Shown here piece after piece: positions 37,653 through 46,953 of a stretch of 64,000 nt of DNA. Below the pieces are notes generated by a model. The model did no database searches. It saw nothing but the letters and a program-made list of their open reading frames with translations, and was not told the origin of the DNA. Origin of the DNA: Vulcanimicrobiota bacterium (lineage in GTDB: Bacteria; Vulcanimicrobiota; Xenobia; Xenobiales; JADMJV01); the NCBI GenBank assembly GCA_050250895.1, contig JBFWNU010000001.1, forward strand, positions 2,564,891-2,628,890, written 5' to 3'. Every line of letters starts with the position of its first letter. The first letter of the stretch is position 1. The translations under genes were made by a program, and so were the position numbers.

Positions 37653-38372
37653 AACTTCCCCCGGTCTAGCTCCCCCGCCCCGCCCGGCATAGCCGGCCGA
37701 AACCAGCACCACCAGGTCGTCGCCGGCCAGGGTCAGGCGATCCGAGTTGGAGAAGTAGTCGCGAGTCTCACGCAGCATCCGGGCCTCGAGCGCCTCGTAG
37801 GCCCGGCCCAGACTGACGGTGCGGCCCTCCTCTTGCGACACCCACAGCAGGCAACCGGGACAGCCGGCGTTGTAGGTCACCACCGAGGAGCGGGCCGGTT
37901 CGAATAACAAAATGGCCGTTTCGACCCGTTCACGAAAGCCCTGGCGGACCAGGTGTTCGAGTAACAGATAGGCGGCCAGGCCCGGGTCCGAGTCTTCTTG
38001 AAGCGAGGTCGTCAGCACGGCGAAGGCATCATCCGAGGGTCGGGCCAGGCTCTGGCCGTCGGCGTCGACCAGGCGAAGATAGGCCAGAGCGAAGCGACCC
38101 TGGCCAAGGTCGAGGGGGCGAAACCATTCCGGCCCAGCCCCGGGCACCACCTGATCGAGCAACGACAGTTCGAAGCGACCGGTAACCACCTGGCTGAGTT
38201 CTGCCGGTAGCGGACTCTGGATCTCTTCGCCGGACCTTCCCGGCGAGGTCTGGCGCACCGAAAAGCGCTGCACCAGCAGCACCGACCCGCAGTAGCTGCA
38301 GGTCACCTGTTGAGCGTCGCCCGGGTTGATGGGCGCGCCGCAACCCGGGCAATAGAGAGCGTGGAGCCTCAT
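37653..38372 (-). pseudogene. zinc-ribbon + SpoIIE/PP2C-like protein, truncated and fused in frame to the island gene
   Basis: CPGCGA...CSYCG; YNAG and LAGDDLVVLVSAG motifs, then an abrupt switch to unrelated sequence. Confidence 0.55.
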
Positions 38373-38446
38373 TCCCGGGCGTTCCCCGCCCGGGGCGGTG
38401 GTTCCTCGAAGGCAGGATCCCTCGCACCGGTCGACAACTGGGCCGC

Positions 38447-39013
38447 ATGGCTCGAATGCAAGGCCTCACTCGAGGCGGCGGTCTGTTGGCCCGAATCAGC
38501 TTTCTTTTCACTCACTGGCGCATGGGCAAAGTGGTCACGCCCTTGCGAATTCATGCTCTCTCCACCGGTGTGTTGTGGGGCATGACCCAAATGCAGACCG
38601 GCCAGGAATTGGCCAGCAAGCTGTCGCGGCGCCTCAAGTTGTTGGCTCAGCTGCGGGTGGCCTGGCTGGTCGGCTGCCCGTTTTGAAGTGACACGGCCTC
38701 TGCCGGCGGCAGAGAACACGGGCTCACGGCCGAGCAAATCCTGGCCGTGCCGGATTATGGCGAAAGCGAACTCTTCGATGAACTCGACAAGCTGGTGCTG
38801 GCCTATGCCGACGGGCTCACCACCACGCCGGCCCGGGTCGACGACGCGCTCTATGCCGACCTCGCTAAGAAACTCGGCAACGAGCAAATGGTTGAATTGA
38901 CATCGGCCATCGCCTGGAAAAATTATCTAGCTCGATTCAATTGCGGCTTTGCCGTCGAGGCCGAGGGGATGAGCGAAGCCGGCTTCTGTCTGCTGCCGGA
39001 TCAGGCCAATTAG
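38447..39013 (+). CDS. AhpD/carboxymuconolactone-decarboxylase-like selenoprotein (CxxU)
   Basis: ORFs 38447-38686 and 38747-39013 share a frame and are separated only by TGA in GCPF*; SECIS-like hairpin follows. Confidence 0.8.
38688..38719 (+). promoter_or_regulatory. candidate bacterial SECIS element
   Basis: Stem CTCTGCC/GGCAGAG with a G-starting loop 18 nt after the UGA; lower stem GTG/CAC. Confidence 0.65.
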
Positions 39014-39050
39014 GGGTTGTTCTCGGCCGGGCATGAGGGTATAACAAAGT

Positions 39051-39461
39051 ATGCTGCAGTGGGCCCACCACATTCAGGAACACTACGGCGTAGAGCCCTT
39101 CACCTTTATCGCGCTCTACGTCTTTTTTCACGTGGTGGCGTTCTATGGGTGCCTGGCTCTGGCCCTGTTGCGTTTCAAAGCCGGCCGCAAATTGGCTGCC
39201 GGAGTATGCGTGGCCGGAGCCATCGTGAGCTACTTCGTTCCTTACGGCTATCTGGCCATGCTCGGGCATGACATGCCCCGGGCGGCCTGGATCGGGTTGT
39301 TGTTGGTGTTGGTGCTCTCGAGCGCATTTTTGCTCAGCAAGTTGCGCACCTTCGCTCGTAAGGCCGTGGCTGCGCCCAAACTCGCCAGGTCGCGCACCAG
39401 CACTACCCGTGCTCGCTCGGCCCAGCCGCCCCAGGCCTACGAACGAAGCGTCGGTCTGTGA
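39051..39461 (+). CDS. small three-TM membrane protein
   Basis: Three hydrophobic segments; YGVEP-x-x-F...FVPYGYL. Confidence 0.7.
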   Translation: MLQWAHHIQEHYGVEPFTFIALYVFFHVVAFYGCLALALLRFKAGRKLAAGVCVAGAIVSYFVPYGYLAMLGHDMPRAAWIGLLLVLVLSSAFLLSKLRTFARKAVAAPKLARSRTSTTRARSAQPPQAYERSVGL

Positions 39462-39574
39462 CGTGAAATTAAAACTCTCTTAACAATTTTCAGGTTTCTT
39501 TAACACTTTTCGCCTCTGTCTCGCCCTCGATGGCCTATAAGATAGGCCCATCGTAGCGAAGAAACGGAGCACCC

Positions 39575-40579
39575 ATGGGACTGATTAGAGGACGCGGACA
39601 GCATAGACCTATCTTCGGAGGACGACGTTTCTCGCGTCAGCGACCGGTGCAACACCAGTCGAGTCAGGTTCACCGGCCCGTGCAACAGCCTCAGGCCAAT
39701 CACACTCAGGCAGCCAACAAGCCCGCGCCGGCCACCAATACGGCCCCGGCCACTCAGAGCAAGCCAGCTCCCGCCAACAACGCGGCTCCCGCCGCTCAGA
39801 CCGCTAGTCAGCCCGCCCCTAGCACCCAGACCGGCTCGGCGGCACCGGCCAATCAGACCACCGCGCCCAAGCCTGCGGATACCTCCGGCCAGGGCTGGGG
39901 ACAGAAGCTATTCAACGGCTTCTCTAACCTGGTCGGTAGCGAGAACCTGGGCGCCATCGGCGCTGCCGGCAAATCCTTCAAGTTCAATGACACCGAGCGA
40001 CATACGGCCGAGTCGGGGTTGGCCGCTCTGCGCAAGATGGCCGGCAAAGACGGCGTTCTCACTCCTGACGACCGGGGCAACATCATCGGCCAGATGAACG
40101 GAGCCCTGACTCAGGAGAAGAACCGCCAGGTTGGCGCCATCGCCAATCAGAAGATCGCTCAGGCCAAAGCCAACCGGCCGCGCTTTCTGCAGCGGCTGGC
40201 CCCCAATGCGCCGCTGGTGTCGCGCATCGGAGCCAAGAAGAAGGCCGAAGCCATGCGCGACCCGCAGCACATGGCCACCGCTCGCAACACCGCCCTGGGC
40301 CAGCTCAGCCAGGGCATGCAGCAGATGGGCATGAACACCTCGGCCGGCGTCAACATGGGTCAGGGTCTTCGCAACGCCCAGAGCCTGCCGCCCATCAGCA
40401 TGCAAGATACGAAGAACTTCGAGCAGACCATGAAGATGGTCGAAGCCAAGGCCAAGGAGATGGGCCTGCCCGAGGGCAAGTTCAAAGAGGGCTTGTCGGT
40501 GAAGTTCCTCGAGGAAGTGCTAAAGGGAACCCCCGCCATCGGTCTGCGCCAGCATCAGCTCCACCCCTTTGGGCAGTGA
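39575..40579 (+). CDS. hypothetical protein with a Pro/Ala/Thr/Gln-rich N-terminal region
   Basis: GGAG RBS, GC3-rich codons, AT-rich upstream region. Confidence 0.8.
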   Translation: MGLIRGRGQHRPIFGGRRFSRQRPVQHQSSQVHRPVQQPQANHTQAANKPAPATNTAPATQSKPAPANNAAPAAQTASQPAPSTQTGSAAPANQTTAPKPADTSGQGWGQKLFNGFSNLVGSENLGAIGAAGKSFKFNDTERHTAESGLAALRKMAGKDGVLTPDDRGNIIGQMNGALTQEKNRQVGAIANQKIAQAKANRPRFLQRLAPNAPLVSRIGAKKKAEAMRDPQHMATARNTALGQLSQGMQQMGMNTSAGVNMGQGLRNAQSLPPISMQDTKNFEQTMKMVEAKAKEMGLPEGKFKEGLSVKFLEEVLKGTPAIGLRQHQLHPFGQ

Positions 40580-40585
40580 GTGATA

Positions 40586-40726
40586 CTAGGGGCGTTGCTC
40601 GAGTCTATCGACACGAGGCTCTAGCCGGTCGCTGCGATCGAACTTCTCTTCCAGCCTGTCGAGCTTGCAGCCCTGCTCCTCCAGGGTGTTGGTGTTTTTC
40701 TTCACCTCTGCTCTTAGCTCTTCCAT
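40586..40726 (-). CDS. possible 46-aa coiled-coil peptide or gene remnant
   Basis: MEELRAEVKKN...KLDRLEEKFDRSDRLEPRVDRLEQRP; no clear RBS. Confidence 0.35.
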   Translation of the reverse strand: MEELRAEVKKNTNTLEEQGCKLDRLEEKFDRSDRLEPRVDRLEQRP

Positions 40727-40800
40727 TGGACCAGCATACGGCAATCGTGACATCTCGACAAGAAGACAAACATTCGCCGCTTCATCTCGGGTTGTCTACG

Positions 40801-41493
40801 TCAGGCCATGTCCAGCGGCACGATGCGCGCTGTTGGGATCCGCGCGTCGACGATGGCTCGGGCCAGGTTGAACCAGGCGGCGGCCCGGTCCAGGATGGCG
40901 CTATCGGCGCTGGCAATCATGGCTGCGCAATCAGCCAGGAGGGGATCGGGGTCAGGGACCAGTTCGACCGTCCACGGCCAGCCTCGCTGGTCAGCCAGTT
41001 CGCGCACCAGAGCGGCCAGGCGTCCGCTGTTGGAGACGGGTTGATCGAATAACCAGTGAGCCTCGGTGGGGCCCGTGAACTCACCCACCAGAACCACCGC
41101 CTGGGCTGTCTCGTCGACCCGGCGGTAGGTCCCGTGCAGGCTGGCCATGTCGCGATAACAGCCATCTTGGGCTGCCAGGATGAAGCCTCCAGCCAGAGCC
41201 GCCTCGAGGGTGGTCAGCAGGTTGAAGCCGTCGATCCACAGACGAGAAGCGAGCCTGGTGCACTGGCGAGATAGGCGGGCCGCTCGCTCCTGCTCGGAAC
41301 AGGTGCAGCGGCTCACCGCGATGCGCTGGCGCTCGCGCAGTTGATGGTGGTCGCCCACGAGCTTGAGGGCCGACTTGCGAGCATAGCCGCGGCTCAAAAG
41401 CCAGCTGAGTTCGGCGGTGGCCGCCTGGAGCTCGGGCCAGGTCGAGGGGGCGAAGAGTTCTTCGTCCTCAGGGTGAGGCCCCCGGTGCCTCAT
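40801..41493 (-). CDS. DUF434-domain protein
   Basis: LLSRGY...ALKLVGDH, IDGFNLL, DGCYRDMAS, PVSNSG. Confidence 0.85.
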   Translation of the reverse strand: MRHRGPHPEDEELFAPSTWPELQAATAELSWLLSRGYARKSALKLVGDHHQLRERQRIAVSRCTCSEQERAARLSRQCTRLASRLWIDGFNLLTTLEAALAGGFILAAQDGCYRDMASLHGTYRRVDETAQAVVLVGEFTGPTEAHWLFDQPVSNSGRLAALVRELADQRGWPWTVELVPDPDPLLADCAAMIASADSAILDRAAAWFNLARAIVDARIPTARIVPLDMA

Positions 41494-42926
41494 TCGATAT
41501 AGACCGGATTGGAAAGGCCCAGAATGCGATCGTGGGCCAGAATCTCTTCCGGGGTCATCCCGAACGGCAGCCCGGTGGTGGCATGGTACTGGCGGACCAG
41601 CCCGGAATAGGCGTGGTCTTCGGCCACCGGGATGAACAGCTCCAGGCGCACGAAATCCTGACCCCTCAGCACGAAGGGCTGGTCCTGAGCTTTGCCCTGC
41701 ATGACCACGCCCTGGCTATCGACCACTCGGAGTTGGCATTCGCCGGCCCCGATCAGCTTGATTTCAAGCGGCGTTCCCCCGGGTAGGGTTTGGCCGGTGA
41801 CCACTTTGCCCTCGTGCTCGAAGTAGGCCATCGGGCCGTTGGGGCCCTCCGAGATGGAGGCTCCTCCGGCTTTGAGGGCGGCCAGAATGTCGGCTTCGGC
41901 GTTGCTTTGAGCATAGACCCAGGTGGTGGGGCCGCCCAGCTGCAGGAGGGGGTGGTCGGGGTCGGGCAGGGGCGGCTGATGGCGATCGCTGCCTCCCACC
42001 GCCGGGAGGCGACGTCCTGCACACAAGAGCTTGTGCCACAGCTCGAGCGAAACCCAGTTGCGGGTGGCCCAGGGCAAGTTCCAGACCTCGATGCAGTCGA
42101 CATCGTCCCAGTAGTCGTATTTCCAGTCGTCGTGAATCGGCTTGGGGTGGTTGACCACCCGCAGGGCACCGCCCTGGCGGGCGCTGGCCAGAGCCTGCTT
42201 GAGGCCCTCGAGATCGTCGAAGCGAAAGTCGATCCACTGGCCCGTGCCCAGGGCGTTGAAGTGACCTTTGTAGGTGGTCACCTCCTGGCCCAGGATCAGG
42301 GTCAGGCCCCAATCGCCCCTCATCTCGAGGTGGTGGGCGATAGTGTTGTGGTCGGTCACGGCCAGAAAATCGAGTTGCTTCTGGCGGGCCATCTGCAACA
42401 GTTCGTCGAGACTCCCCAGGGCATCGGAGTGGTGGGTGTGGCAGTGCAGGTCGCCCTTGAGCCAGCCCGGCCCTCGGCGGGGATTGTCCAGGTCAGGAGA
42501 CTGCGAACCGAGCCGGCGGCGGTCTTCGTCGCTGGCCCGAATCGAGAGGTGGACGGTGGTGGGCTCGCTCACCTGATAGCGGCCTAACAGAATCTTCCAG
42601 CGGCCGGCCTCGAGGGGCCCGGCCAGATAGCCGGGTGTGGCCGAAGAGGTGGCCACGTAGAACTCTTCCCGAGCCGCCCCGCTCCAGCCGCGAAAGCCCC
42701 GCAGACTGGGATAGTCGGTCAGTTCGGGTCCGCCCAGACCGATGTCGACCCGAGCCTGACCCTCGGCATAGTAGCTCACTTCGAGGCAGCGCACGCCATC
42801 GGGCAGGTCGATGGGAACCTCCACGAAGGCGGGCCCCTCGGGACGCAATTCTACTTCCAATTCCATTCTTAGCACGGGTGCCCACTTTGGCGCCCCGAGG
42901 CGGGCATCCTTTGGCGAGAGGTTCAC
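41490..42926 (-). CDS. PHP-domain (CehA/McbA-type) metallohydrolase
   Basis: GDLHCHTHHSD, AVTDHN, GQEVT, NHP, GGSDRH. Confidence 0.9.
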   Translation of the reverse strand: MNLSPKDARLGAPKWAPVLRMELEVELRPEGPAFVEVPIDLPDGVRCLEVSYYAEGQARVDIGLGGPELTDYPSLRGFRGWSGAAREEFYVATSSATPGYLAGPLEAGRWKILLGRYQVSEPTTVHLSIRASDEDRRRLGSQSPDLDNPRRGPGWLKGDLHCHTHHSDALGSLDELLQMARQKQLDFLAVTDHNTIAHHLEMRGDWGLTLILGQEVTTYKGHFNALGTGQWIDFRFDDLEGLKQALASARQGGALRVVNHPKPIHDDWKYDYWDDVDCIEVWNLPWATRNWVSLELWHKLLCAGRRLPAVGGSDRHQPPLPDPDHPLLQLGGPTTWVYAQSNAEADILAALKAGGASISEGPNGPMAYFEHEGKVVTGQTLPGGTPLEIKLIGAGECQLRVVDSQGVVMQGKAQDQPFVLRGQDFVRLELFIPVAEDHAYSGLVRQYHATTGLPFGMTPEEILAHDRILGLSNPVYIE

Positions 42927-42993
42927 AGTTCGGTGACAAATCGTTCATCTGGGCGGCATAGATTTGGGAGCAACTTCGAAAGGACTCTTCGTC

Positions 42994-45219
42994 ATGATTT
43001 CACGCCTCAACAGCCAGCCCATCCTGCCCGCCAGCCGCCCCGCCACCGCTCCCGCGGCGGCCGAGGCCAGCGCCGAGCCCGCCGACCAGGCGGCCATCAG
43101 CTCGGGTCGGGTCGACCTGGCGGCCGTGCTTAAAGCTACCGCTCGCGAAGCCGCTTCGCTCGAGCAGAAGCTGCCGGCCCACATGCCCGGCGAGTTGCTG
43201 GTGAAAACGCCTTCCGGCATGGCCCTCGAGAGCATCGAGCTGCTGGCCGCTGACTATGGCGCTACCGTCATCGAGAAGTTCCAGGTGCCCGACAAGATGA
43301 AGGCGGCCTTCGGAGGCGAATTGGTCCAGCTCAAGCTGCCCGCCAACCTCAGCGTGGCCCAGGCCATGGCCGCCATGAACAAAGACGAGCGCGTCGTCTA
43401 TGCCGAGTGCAACGCCAAGCGCGAATTGCTGGCCAACCCGGTCACTCCAAACGACCTCGACCCCGCTCTCTGGGGCCTCAACAACACCGGCCAGAACGGC
43501 GGCACGGCCGACGCCGACATCGACGCTCCCGAAGCCTGGGCTCTGACCCATGGCTCGCGTTCGGGCCCGGTCATCGCCGTCATCGACACCGGCGTCGACT
43601 ACAATCACCAGGACCTGGCCGCCAACGTCTGGACCAATCCTAACGAGATCGCCGGCGACGGCATCGACAACGACGGCAACGGGGTGGTTGACGACGTGCA
43701 CGGCTACAATGCCGCCGACAACTCGGGCAACCCCCTCGATGACAACAGCCACGGCAGCCACTGTTCGGGCACCATCGGAGCCGTCGGCAACGACGAGCAC
43801 GGTGTGGTCGGCGTCAACTGGGAAGCCCAGATCATGGGCGTGAAGTTCCTTTCGGCCACCGGCGGTGGCTCGGTAGCCGACGTGGTCAAGAGCGTGTTCT
43901 ACGCCACCCAGAACGGCGCCCGTATCACCTCCAACTCGTACGGCGGCGGAGCTGCCGAGGCCGAACGCGAGGCCTTTGCCGCCTCGCCGCTCCTGCACAT
44001 CTGCGCGGCCGGCAACGAGTCGAGCGACAACGACCGGCGCGGCTCCTTCCCGGCCACCTACGACCTGCCCAACATCGTCTCGGTGGCGGCCACCGACCGC
44101 AACGACGCCCTGGCCCGCTTCTCGAACTGGGGCGCCACCACGGTCGACCTGGCCGCCCCCGGCGTCGACATCAAATCGACCGTGCCCGGCGGTGGCTACG
44201 ACAGCTACAGCGGCACCTCGATGGCCACCCCGCATGTGGCCGGTGTGGCCGGCCTCATCGCCACCCTCTATCCCGACGCCACCAACGACCAGATCAAGGC
44301 TCGCTTGATGAACGGCACCGACAAGAAGCCCAACCTGGCTGGCAAGATGGTCAGCGGCGGTCGCCTCAACGCCTATAACGCCCTCGAGAACGACCAGGTC
44401 GCTCCCGGCGCTCCCAACGACTTCCGCCAGGCTAGCGCCAACAGCCGCGGCGTGACCCTGAGTTGGACCGCCACCGGCGACGACGGCTGGTGCGGCGGGG
44501 CTCCTAACGGTTACGAACTGCGCGTGTCGGATCGTCCCATCGTCGACGGCGAGGCCCAGCAGGGCGAAGTGTCGTTCGACCAGGCGACCCCGGTAGCCAC
44601 GGCTGCCCCGGCCGAGACCGGAACCATCGAGCAGGCTGGCGTCAGCCTGGTGCCCTCGGGCTCCGAGCGCACTCTCTATTTCGCCCTCAAGGTGACCGAC
44701 AATGTCGGCAACGCCTCCGAGATTCGCACCACCAGCGCCGCCGTGCCGGCCGCCGCCGTGTCGTTCGAAGACGACATGTCCCAGGCCAACGACAACTGGG
44801 CCGCCCAGTCGGGCTGGGCCCGGGTCGAGGTCGATGGCCGTCACGCCTACACCGACAGCCCCAACGGGCAGTATGGCAACGACGCCAACACCTCGTTGAC
44901 CTCCAAGACCCTATCGCTGGCCAACTCGACCGGCTCGACCCTGATCTTCGACTCGAAGTTCGATCTCGAGTCGGGCTATGACTACATCAACATCGAGGTG
45001 GCCGAGATCGTGCCTCCGGCCCAGGGCCAGCCCCCGGCCGAACCGGTCTTCACCAGCCTGCAGCGCTTCGACGGCGCCTCGGATTGGGCCACCCGCACGC
45101 TCGACCTGTCGGCTTATGACGGCAAAGAAGTGCAACTGCGTTTCCGCCTGACCAGCGACTCGAGCCAGACCCGCGATGGGTTCTATCTGGGCAAAGTGGT
45201 CATCGCCGGCGACAACTAG
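42994..45219 (+). CDS. S8 subtilisin-like serine protease with FN3-like and C-terminal beta-sandwich domains
   Basis: Catalytic triad VIDTG / HGSH / GTSMATPH; start set at ATG 42994 after AAGGA; no Sec signal peptide. Confidence 0.95.
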   Translation: MISRLNSQPILPASRPATAPAAAEASAEPADQAAISSGRVDLAAVLKATAREAASLEQKLPAHMPGELLVKTPSGMALESIELLAADYGATVIEKFQVPDKMKAAFGGELVQLKLPANLSVAQAMAAMNKDERVVYAECNAKRELLANPVTPNDLDPALWGLNNTGQNGGTADADIDAPEAWALTHGSRSGPVIAVIDTGVDYNHQDLAANVWTNPNEIAGDGIDNDGNGVVDDVHGYNAADNSGNPLDDNSHGSHCSGTIGAVGNDEHGVVGVNWEAQIMGVKFLSATGGGSVADVVKSVFYATQNGARITSNSYGGGAAEAEREAFAASPLLHICAAGNESSDNDRRGSFPATYDLPNIVSVAATDRNDALARFSNWGATTVDLAAPGVDIKSTVPGGGYDSYSGTSMATPHVAGVAGLIATLYPDATNDQIKARLMNGTDKKPNLAGKMVSGGRLNAYNALENDQVAPGAPNDFRQASANSRGVTLSWTATGDDGWCGGAPNGYELRVSDRPIVDGEAQQGEVSFDQATPVATAAPAETGTIEQAGVSLVPSGSERTLYFALKVTDNVGNASEIRTTSAAVPAAAVSFEDDMSQANDNWAAQSGWARVEVDGRHAYTDSPNGQYGNDANTSLTSKTLSLANSTGSTLIFDSKFDLESGYDYINIEVAEIVPPAQGQPPAEPVFTSLQRFDGASDWATRTLDLSAYDGKEVQLRFRLTSDSSQTRDGFYLGKVVIAGDN

Positions 45220-45292
45220 GGCAGCTTCGCTGCGAAAAGGAGCGGCTGCGCCGAGAGTTCGCCTTCGGCGACAAGTGGCGGCGCTCCGCGCC

Positions 45293-45325
45293 GAGAAGGG
45301 CGGCCTGGGCCGCCCCTTTCTTTTT
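45293..45325 (+). terminator. intrinsic terminator
   Basis: GGGCGGC/GCCGCCC stem plus a T-rich tail. Confidence 0.8.
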
Positions 45326-45331
45326 GGCTGT

Positions 45332-45727
45332 CTACTTTAACTCGCGTAGGACGGCGGCGTCGGTTTGCAGGCGGAAGGTGGTCTCGCTGCCAGCGATGTC
45401 GCGTTGGTAGAGGCCGTGGGTGAACAGGCCCAGCCCTACCGTGGTGGTGGCGATCGAGGCAACCTGCAAGGGTAGGGGGTTGTTGAGCAGGCTCGAGGCC
45501 ACCGTGCCGGTCAGGCCGGCGATGAGAGTGCCCAGGCCGATCTTGGCCCGCTGGTGGCCGCGGGCGGCCTGGTGTCGATAGGCCGCAAGTTGCTCTTGCA
45601 CCCGGGCTAGTTCGGCGTCGACCCGGTCCACCCGGTCCTGGCCCTGCAGGCTGGCCAGTTCCGTGTAGGGCACTTCGCGATAAGGCTGGGGTCGCACGGT
45701 AGTTTGGTTGGCAGGCGTGAGTCTCAT
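45332..45727 (-). CDS. hypothetical protein, coiled coil plus two TM segments
   Basis: Open frame with a hydrophobic hairpin. Confidence 0.65.
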   Translation of the reverse strand: MRLTPANQTTVRPQPYREVPYTELASLQGQDRVDRVDAELARVQEQLAAYRHQAARGHQRAKIGLGTLIAGLTGTVASSLLNNPLPLQVASIATTTVGLGLFTHGLYQRDIAGSETTFRLQTDAAVLRELK

Positions 45728-45811
45728 AACCCGATGATAGAGATCGAGCCTGAAGAAAACCTAAACCTCCGTCCCAGGCGGGAAATCGAACGCGACGCCG
45801 AAGATTACCCT

Positions 45812-46060
45812 ATGTCGGATCTTCACGAACCTACACCTTGCCCTGGCTGCGGGCGAGTGATGCGGTCCAACCTGCGAGAGTGCGCCTTTTGCGGCGCCAT
45901 GATTCGTCAGGACCTGCCGCCGGTCGACCCTGACTTTGAAGAGCTAGCCAAAGCCAAGAATTCTCCCATCTTTCGCTTTATCGTGTGGGCCTTCGGCGCC
46001 ATTCTGGTGGTGGCCGTGGTGGGCAGCATTCTGCTCAACTTCTCGGTCATCTTCCAGTAG
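45812..46060 (+). CDS. small zinc-ribbon membrane protein
   Basis: CPGCG...CAFCG followed by a C-terminal TM segment. Confidence 0.7.
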   Translation: MSDLHEPTPCPGCGRVMRSNLRECAFCGAMIRQDLPPVDPDFEELAKAKNSPIFRFIVWAFGAILVVAVVGSILLNFSVIFQ

Positions 46061-46903
46061 CTACAGGGCCGTGTAGCGCCGGCCTTGCTCGAGACTGAGC
46101 GGAGCGTTGGCGCCGGCTACCGCAAATCTCAGGGGCAGCGATTCGCGCAGCCTGCCGCTTTTGGCTTTGAACACCATGAAGTGCAGGTGGGGCCCGCCGC
46201 TGTAGCCACTGTTGCCCGAGTATCCCAGCAGGTCTCCCACCTCGACTACCGTGCCCGGCTTGACCGCCACGCCTCCCGCCTTGAGGTGGAAATACTCGGC
46301 CACCGTGTCGTCTTCATGCTGTACGAACACGTAGTTGCCGCCGATCTCCTTGCCCAGGGCAGCATAGCGAAAGTCGTCTTCGGTATCGACCACCACCCCG
46401 GCTCGGGCGGCCAACACCGGCGTGCCGATGGGCATGTCGAAGTCGACGGCGTGGAAAGACTCGCCGGAATGGCTGAACTCGCCTCCAGGCCCCTGGCTGA
46501 CCCCGAAGGTCTTACCCGAGGCAAAAGGCAGATGATAGATGCAGTCCGGGTCGTGATGGGCGGTCAAGGAGCCCCACACCCAATGGTAGTCGACCGAGAT
46601 CTGGTGCCCCGGCGCGGTCTTCCAGAGACGGGCCACACAAACGGTGGTGGCTCCGGGAATCACGCGCTCCAGTGGCAATTGCTCTTCGGGAGCCAGGTGG
46701 TGGACGATCCTCCAGTCAAACGAGGCGGTCACCATCACGCCATAGCGATTGTCGACGATGACTTCCACAAACCGGTCCGACTCGACCACTTCCACATCGC
46801 AGTGGATGTGCCGCTTGACGGGGCGCTTCTTCTCTTTTTGCGCGATGTAGACGAGCCAGGCGGTGACACCCAGCAAAACCCATTCCAACACGGCCCGCTC
46901 CAC
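46061..46903 (-). CDS. M23-family metallopeptidase
   Basis: HAVDF, GTPVLAARAG, YFHL, GPHLHF. Confidence 0.9.
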   Translation of the reverse strand: MERAVLEWVLLGVTAWLVYIAQKEKKRPVKRHIHCDVEVVESDRFVEVIVDNRYGVMVTASFDWRIVHHLAPEEQLPLERVIPGATTVCVARLWKTAPGHQISVDYHWVWGSLTAHHDPDCIYHLPFASGKTFGVSQGPGGEFSHSGESFHAVDFDMPIGTPVLAARAGVVVDTEDDFRYAALGKEIGGNYVFVQHEDDTVAEYFHLKAGGVAVKPGTVVEVGDLLGYSGNSGYSGGPHLHFMVFKAKSGRLRESLPLRFAVAGANAPLSLEQGRRYTAL

Positions 46904-46953
46904 GTCCCCGCAGGCTCATTCTCTACCTGAGGCTGGCCTGCCTTTTCGTGGGT

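Larger units (their letters stand above)
32570..37670. mobile_element. decayed genomic island / prophage remnant
   Basis: Visibly lower GC, integrase fragments, tRNA-derived gene, TA-like modules; right end interrupts a host-type gene; boundaries approximate. Confidence 0.7.

Noticed and set aside
42923-42964. 11-bp-spaced TCACAG/TGACAA/TCATCT upstream of the S8 protease as another regulon promoter
   Set aside because: Spacing to the candidate -10 (TAGATT) does not match the invariant N10 geometry and the repeats are too degenerate.
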